From: the human T2T-CHM13v2.0 reference genome, Homo sapiens
Strand: one strand, 5' to 3'
Length of the DNA: 64,000 nt
Assembly (NCBI RefSeq): GCF_009914755.1
Contig: NC_060939.1
Shown: in pieces, positions 60,620 through 64,000 of the stretch
Position numbering within the stretch: the stretch's first letter is position 1
Layout: every line of letters begins with the position of its first letter
Made by a program: the position numbers and the translations under genes
Notes under the pieces: model-generated
The model's database searches: none
Told to the model about the DNA's origin: nothing
Seen by the model: only the letters and a program-made list of their open reading frames with translations

Positions 60620-62460
60620 AAGATATGACCAAACAGACATTGATTAAAAGGACCAGAGCACTGGCAGAAGAATAGACATACAGATCAATGAAATAGAATT
60701 GACAATCCAGAAATAGACCCTCACATTTACAGTCAACTGAGTTTTAACAAGTGTGCCAAGACAATTCAATGGGGAAAGAATAGTCTTTTTAAAAAAAAAA
60801 AATGGTGTTGGAACAATTGGATATCTACATGTGAAAGAATAAAGTTAGACCCCTACCTTATGCCATATACAAAATTTAAGTAAAAATGGATCAAAGATCT
60901 AAATGAATCAAAGACCAACTCAAATGAATCAAAGCTAAACTATAAAACTCTTAGAAGTAGAAGAAAACATAGGCATCTGCATGACCTGTAATTTAGCAAT
61001 AGCTCTTAGATGTGATGCCAAAAGCACAAGCAACAAAAGAAAAAAATAATGTAGACCTAATCGATATTTAAAACTTTGTGCTTCAAAGCATACCATCCAG
61101 AAAGTGAAAAGACAATCCATAGAATGGGGGAAAAGTTTGCAAATCATATTTCTGATAAAGGACTTCTATCTAAAATAATAAAGAACTATTACAACTCAAT
61201 AATAAAAAGACAAATAACCCAACTTAAAAATGGGCATAGGATTTGAATAGACATTTCTACAAAGAAGATATACAAATGGCCAATAGAACATAAAAAGGAA
61301 ATCGATGCCATTAGTCATCAGGGAATTGCAAATCAAAACCACAAGATACTTTGTACCCACAAAAATTAAAAATAAAACATTTTTTAAAATGATAAAAAAT
61401 TAAAATAAAAATTTAAAAAACCACAATATACTTCATTACTACTAGGATGGTGATAATAAGAAATGCAGATAATAAACAAGTTTTGACAAAGGTGTGGGGA
61501 CATTAAAACTTTCATGCACTGCTTGTGGCAATGCAAAATGGTGCAGCTTCTTTGAAAAACAATTTGGTTATTCCTCAAAGTTTAAAGATACAGTTACTAC
61601 AGGACCCATCAATTCCACCACTGGGTACTGTATATAACCAAGATAAAAGAAAACACATGTCTGCACAAACACTTAAACATGAATGTACATGGCAGCATTA
61701 TTTTGATAGCCAAATGTGGAAAGACCCAAATGCCCATCAACTGATGAATGGATAAATAAAATGTGATAGATCCATACAATGGAATATTATTTGGCAATAA
61801 AAAGAAACGAAGTACCATTGTCCCTCAATATCTGCAAGCGATTGGTTCCAGTACCCCCTGAAGATACCAAAATCCATGGATGCTCAAGTTCTTTATATAA
61901 AATAGCGTAGTATTTGCATATAAGCTACACACATCCTCTCTTATACTTTAAATCATCTGTAGATTATTTATAATACAATGTAAATGCTATGTAAATAATT
62001 ATACTGTATTTTTTATTTTTAGTATCTTTATTGTTATTTTTCCAACTATTTTCAATCTCCTATTGTTTTAATTCATACATGCGGAACCATGGATATGGTA
62101 GGCCCTCTATACTGATAGATGCTATAACATGAATGAACCTTGAAAACATTATGCTAAATAAATGAAGCCAGTCACAGAAGAACACATATTTTATGATTCC
62201 ATTTACATGAAATGTCTAGAAGAGGCAAGCCCACAGAGCCAGAAAGTAGATTAACCATTGCTTACTTAGGAGCTGGGAGAGTGGAGAAAAATGGGGCAAG
62301 AGCAGTTGACTGCTAAAGGATATGGGCTTTCTTGTTGGAATGATGAAATATTCTAAAACTGATGGTGTTATAGATGCGTAACTTTGTGAATATACTAAAA
62401 ACTATGGAATTGAACATTATAAATGGGTGAATTGTGAGGTGTATGAATACTATATCAGCA
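60620..62460 (+). mobile_element. L1MB-like 3' portion, with MER2 inserted at ~61815-62112
   Basis: ORF2 C-terminal and 3'UTR similarity (aatagacatttctacaaagaagatatacaaatggcc). MER2 core gtagattatttataatac. Confidence 0.85.
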
Positions 62461-62511
62461 AGGATTTTACCAAAAAAGGGACCAGTAACAGTTGATAAAT
62501 AGTAATGTGTG

Positions 62512-62790
62512 GGCCAGGCACGGTGGCTCAAGCCTGTAATCCCAGCACTTCGGGAGGCTAAAGGGGGCGAATCACTTAGGCCAGGAGTTTGAGAGCAGCC
62601 TGGCCAGCATGGTGAAACCCCGTCCCTACCAAAAATACAAAAATTAGCCGGGTCTGGTGGCAGGTGCCTGTAATCCCAGCTACTCGGGAGGCTCAGGCAC
62701 AAGAATCGCTGGAACCCAGAAGGTGGAGATTGTGATAAGCCGAGAATGTACCACTACACTCCAGCCCAGGTGACAGAGAGAGACTCTGTC

Positions 62791-62821
<31 letters not shown>

Positions 62822-62855
62822 GGAAAGAAGGAAGGAAGGAAGGAAGGAAGGAAGG
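62512..62855 (+). repeat. AluS with (GAAAA)n/(GGAA)n tail
   Basis: Alu consensus. Confidence 0.92.
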
Positions 62856-63341
62856 TTAGTTATGTGATTTTTTAACCCTTAAAGTATTTTAGATAACTTA
62901 CACTTGAACTACTATGTTGAACTTCAGGTTAAGAAGTAAGAGAAGGAGGATGAATGGTCTCTAACAGTATGAATATAATTCCTTTCTGTTTCTTCTATTT
63001 ATTTTCTAGTCGTTTCTCAATGCACTTATTAAAATATAAAACTAACTTTAACACTGGTTATATAATAATTGATCTGACATATATTTCCTTCTACCTAGCA
63101 TGTGTCATGCCTTGTTTTTGGTACTGGACATGCAGAAGTCAGAACAAACTCCCTGATGTCAGCTTATATTCTAGTGAGGAGACTAGAGTGGAGTTGGCAG
63201 AAAGGAAGTCCACTTTGAGGAAGTGATATTTGCACAGAGACCCGGATAATATGAAAGCTCTGGAGGAAGAGAGTATCAGGTAGAAGAGAATGCCGAAGAA
63301 TAAAGGCCCCAAATTGGGAGGAAGCTTAGTAAATATTAGAG

Positions 63342-63525
63342 CAGTGGTTTTCCAACTTGAGCTAACACCAGCATCAACTGGAGGGCTTGTTAAAACAGAC
63401 TGCTGGCTCCACACACAGAGCAACTGAATCAGTAGGTCTGGGATGGTGCCCAAAAATATGCATTTCTAGCAAGGTAATGCTGATCCTGATGGTCTGGGGA
63501 ACCATGCTTTGAGGAGTACTGTCTT
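63342..63525. mobile_element. MER5A-like hAT MITE
   Basis: cagtggttttccaacttgag...ctggagggcttgttaaaacagact...ctttgaggagtactg. Confidence 0.75.
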
Positions 63526-63575
63526 AGAGGAACAAGAGAAAAACTAGGTAAATTTGAGTAACAGAGAATGGTAGG

Positions 63576-63735
63576 CAGTAGTGTGCTGAAGGCAGCTTAT
63601 ACTAGCTCACGAGAGCTGAAACTGTACATCTCTTTCCAACCTTGCAATCAGTGATGTTACCTTGGTAGCTGATATCAGGCATGGTAGGAATACTCATACT
63701 TTGGAAATTGACAAATGCTACAAATCAAGGATCCT
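63576..63735 (+). mobile_element. MER63-like hAT fragment
   Basis: cagtagtgtgctgaaggcagcttatactagctcacgagagc...gacaaatgctacaaatcaagg. Confidence 0.65.
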
Positions 63736-64000
63736 GCTGCTGGTGGTAGGGATGAGGTCAAAGAAGTAGGGAGATGCCAGAATTGGAAGTCTTATATTCT
63801 ATAATGAGGAATGTGGATTTAAGTATAAGGATAATGGGAAGCCTTGAAGAGTTGTGAGCAAAGGAGAAACATTATCTGACTCCTGTTTTAAAAGGAATAT
63901 CCTGGCTGCTAACCGGAATATAGATTATAGGGGACATGATTGTACCCACCAAGTTCAATCTCTCCTTCTTGGGTGCAATTAGCTGCTCAGCTAAAGCTAC

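Overview
This is primate (most likely human) genomic DNA holding the 5' half of ZNF280D (SUHW4, a C2H2 zinc-finger family gene) on the minus strand. The gene has a CpG-island promoter and first exon at about 38.3-39.1 kb, a ~26 kb first intron, a 44-nt 5'UTR exon, and four coding exons (12194-12221, 9229-9375, 6280-6345, 6040-6179). These splice in frame to MGDNPFQPKSNSKMAELFMECEEEELEPWQKKVKEVEDDDDDEPIFVGEISSSKPAISNILNRVNPSSYSRGLKNGALSRGITAAFKPTSQ...QPFSKP. No further exon was recognised, so the zinc-finger exons presumably lie left of the window. The rest is intron and upstream DNA dominated by repeats: about 25 Alus, L1 fragments, many ERV/MaLR LTRs, a full-length Tigger1, and Charlie/MER DNA transposons. 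I found no intact novel protein-coding system. The most notable signals are: (1) a near-complete piggyBac (Looper-like) fossil with all three catalytic-motif regions, C-terminal Cys-rich remnants and a TTAA end; (2) a circularly permuted 2.7-kb L1 segment that looks like a reintegrated DNA circle; (3) a 332-bp indel-free local templated duplication; and (4) splice-dependent uORF and intronic-polyadenylation architecture in ZNF280D. Repeat subfamily names come from recalled consensus sequences, not a database search, and repeat boundaries are approximate.
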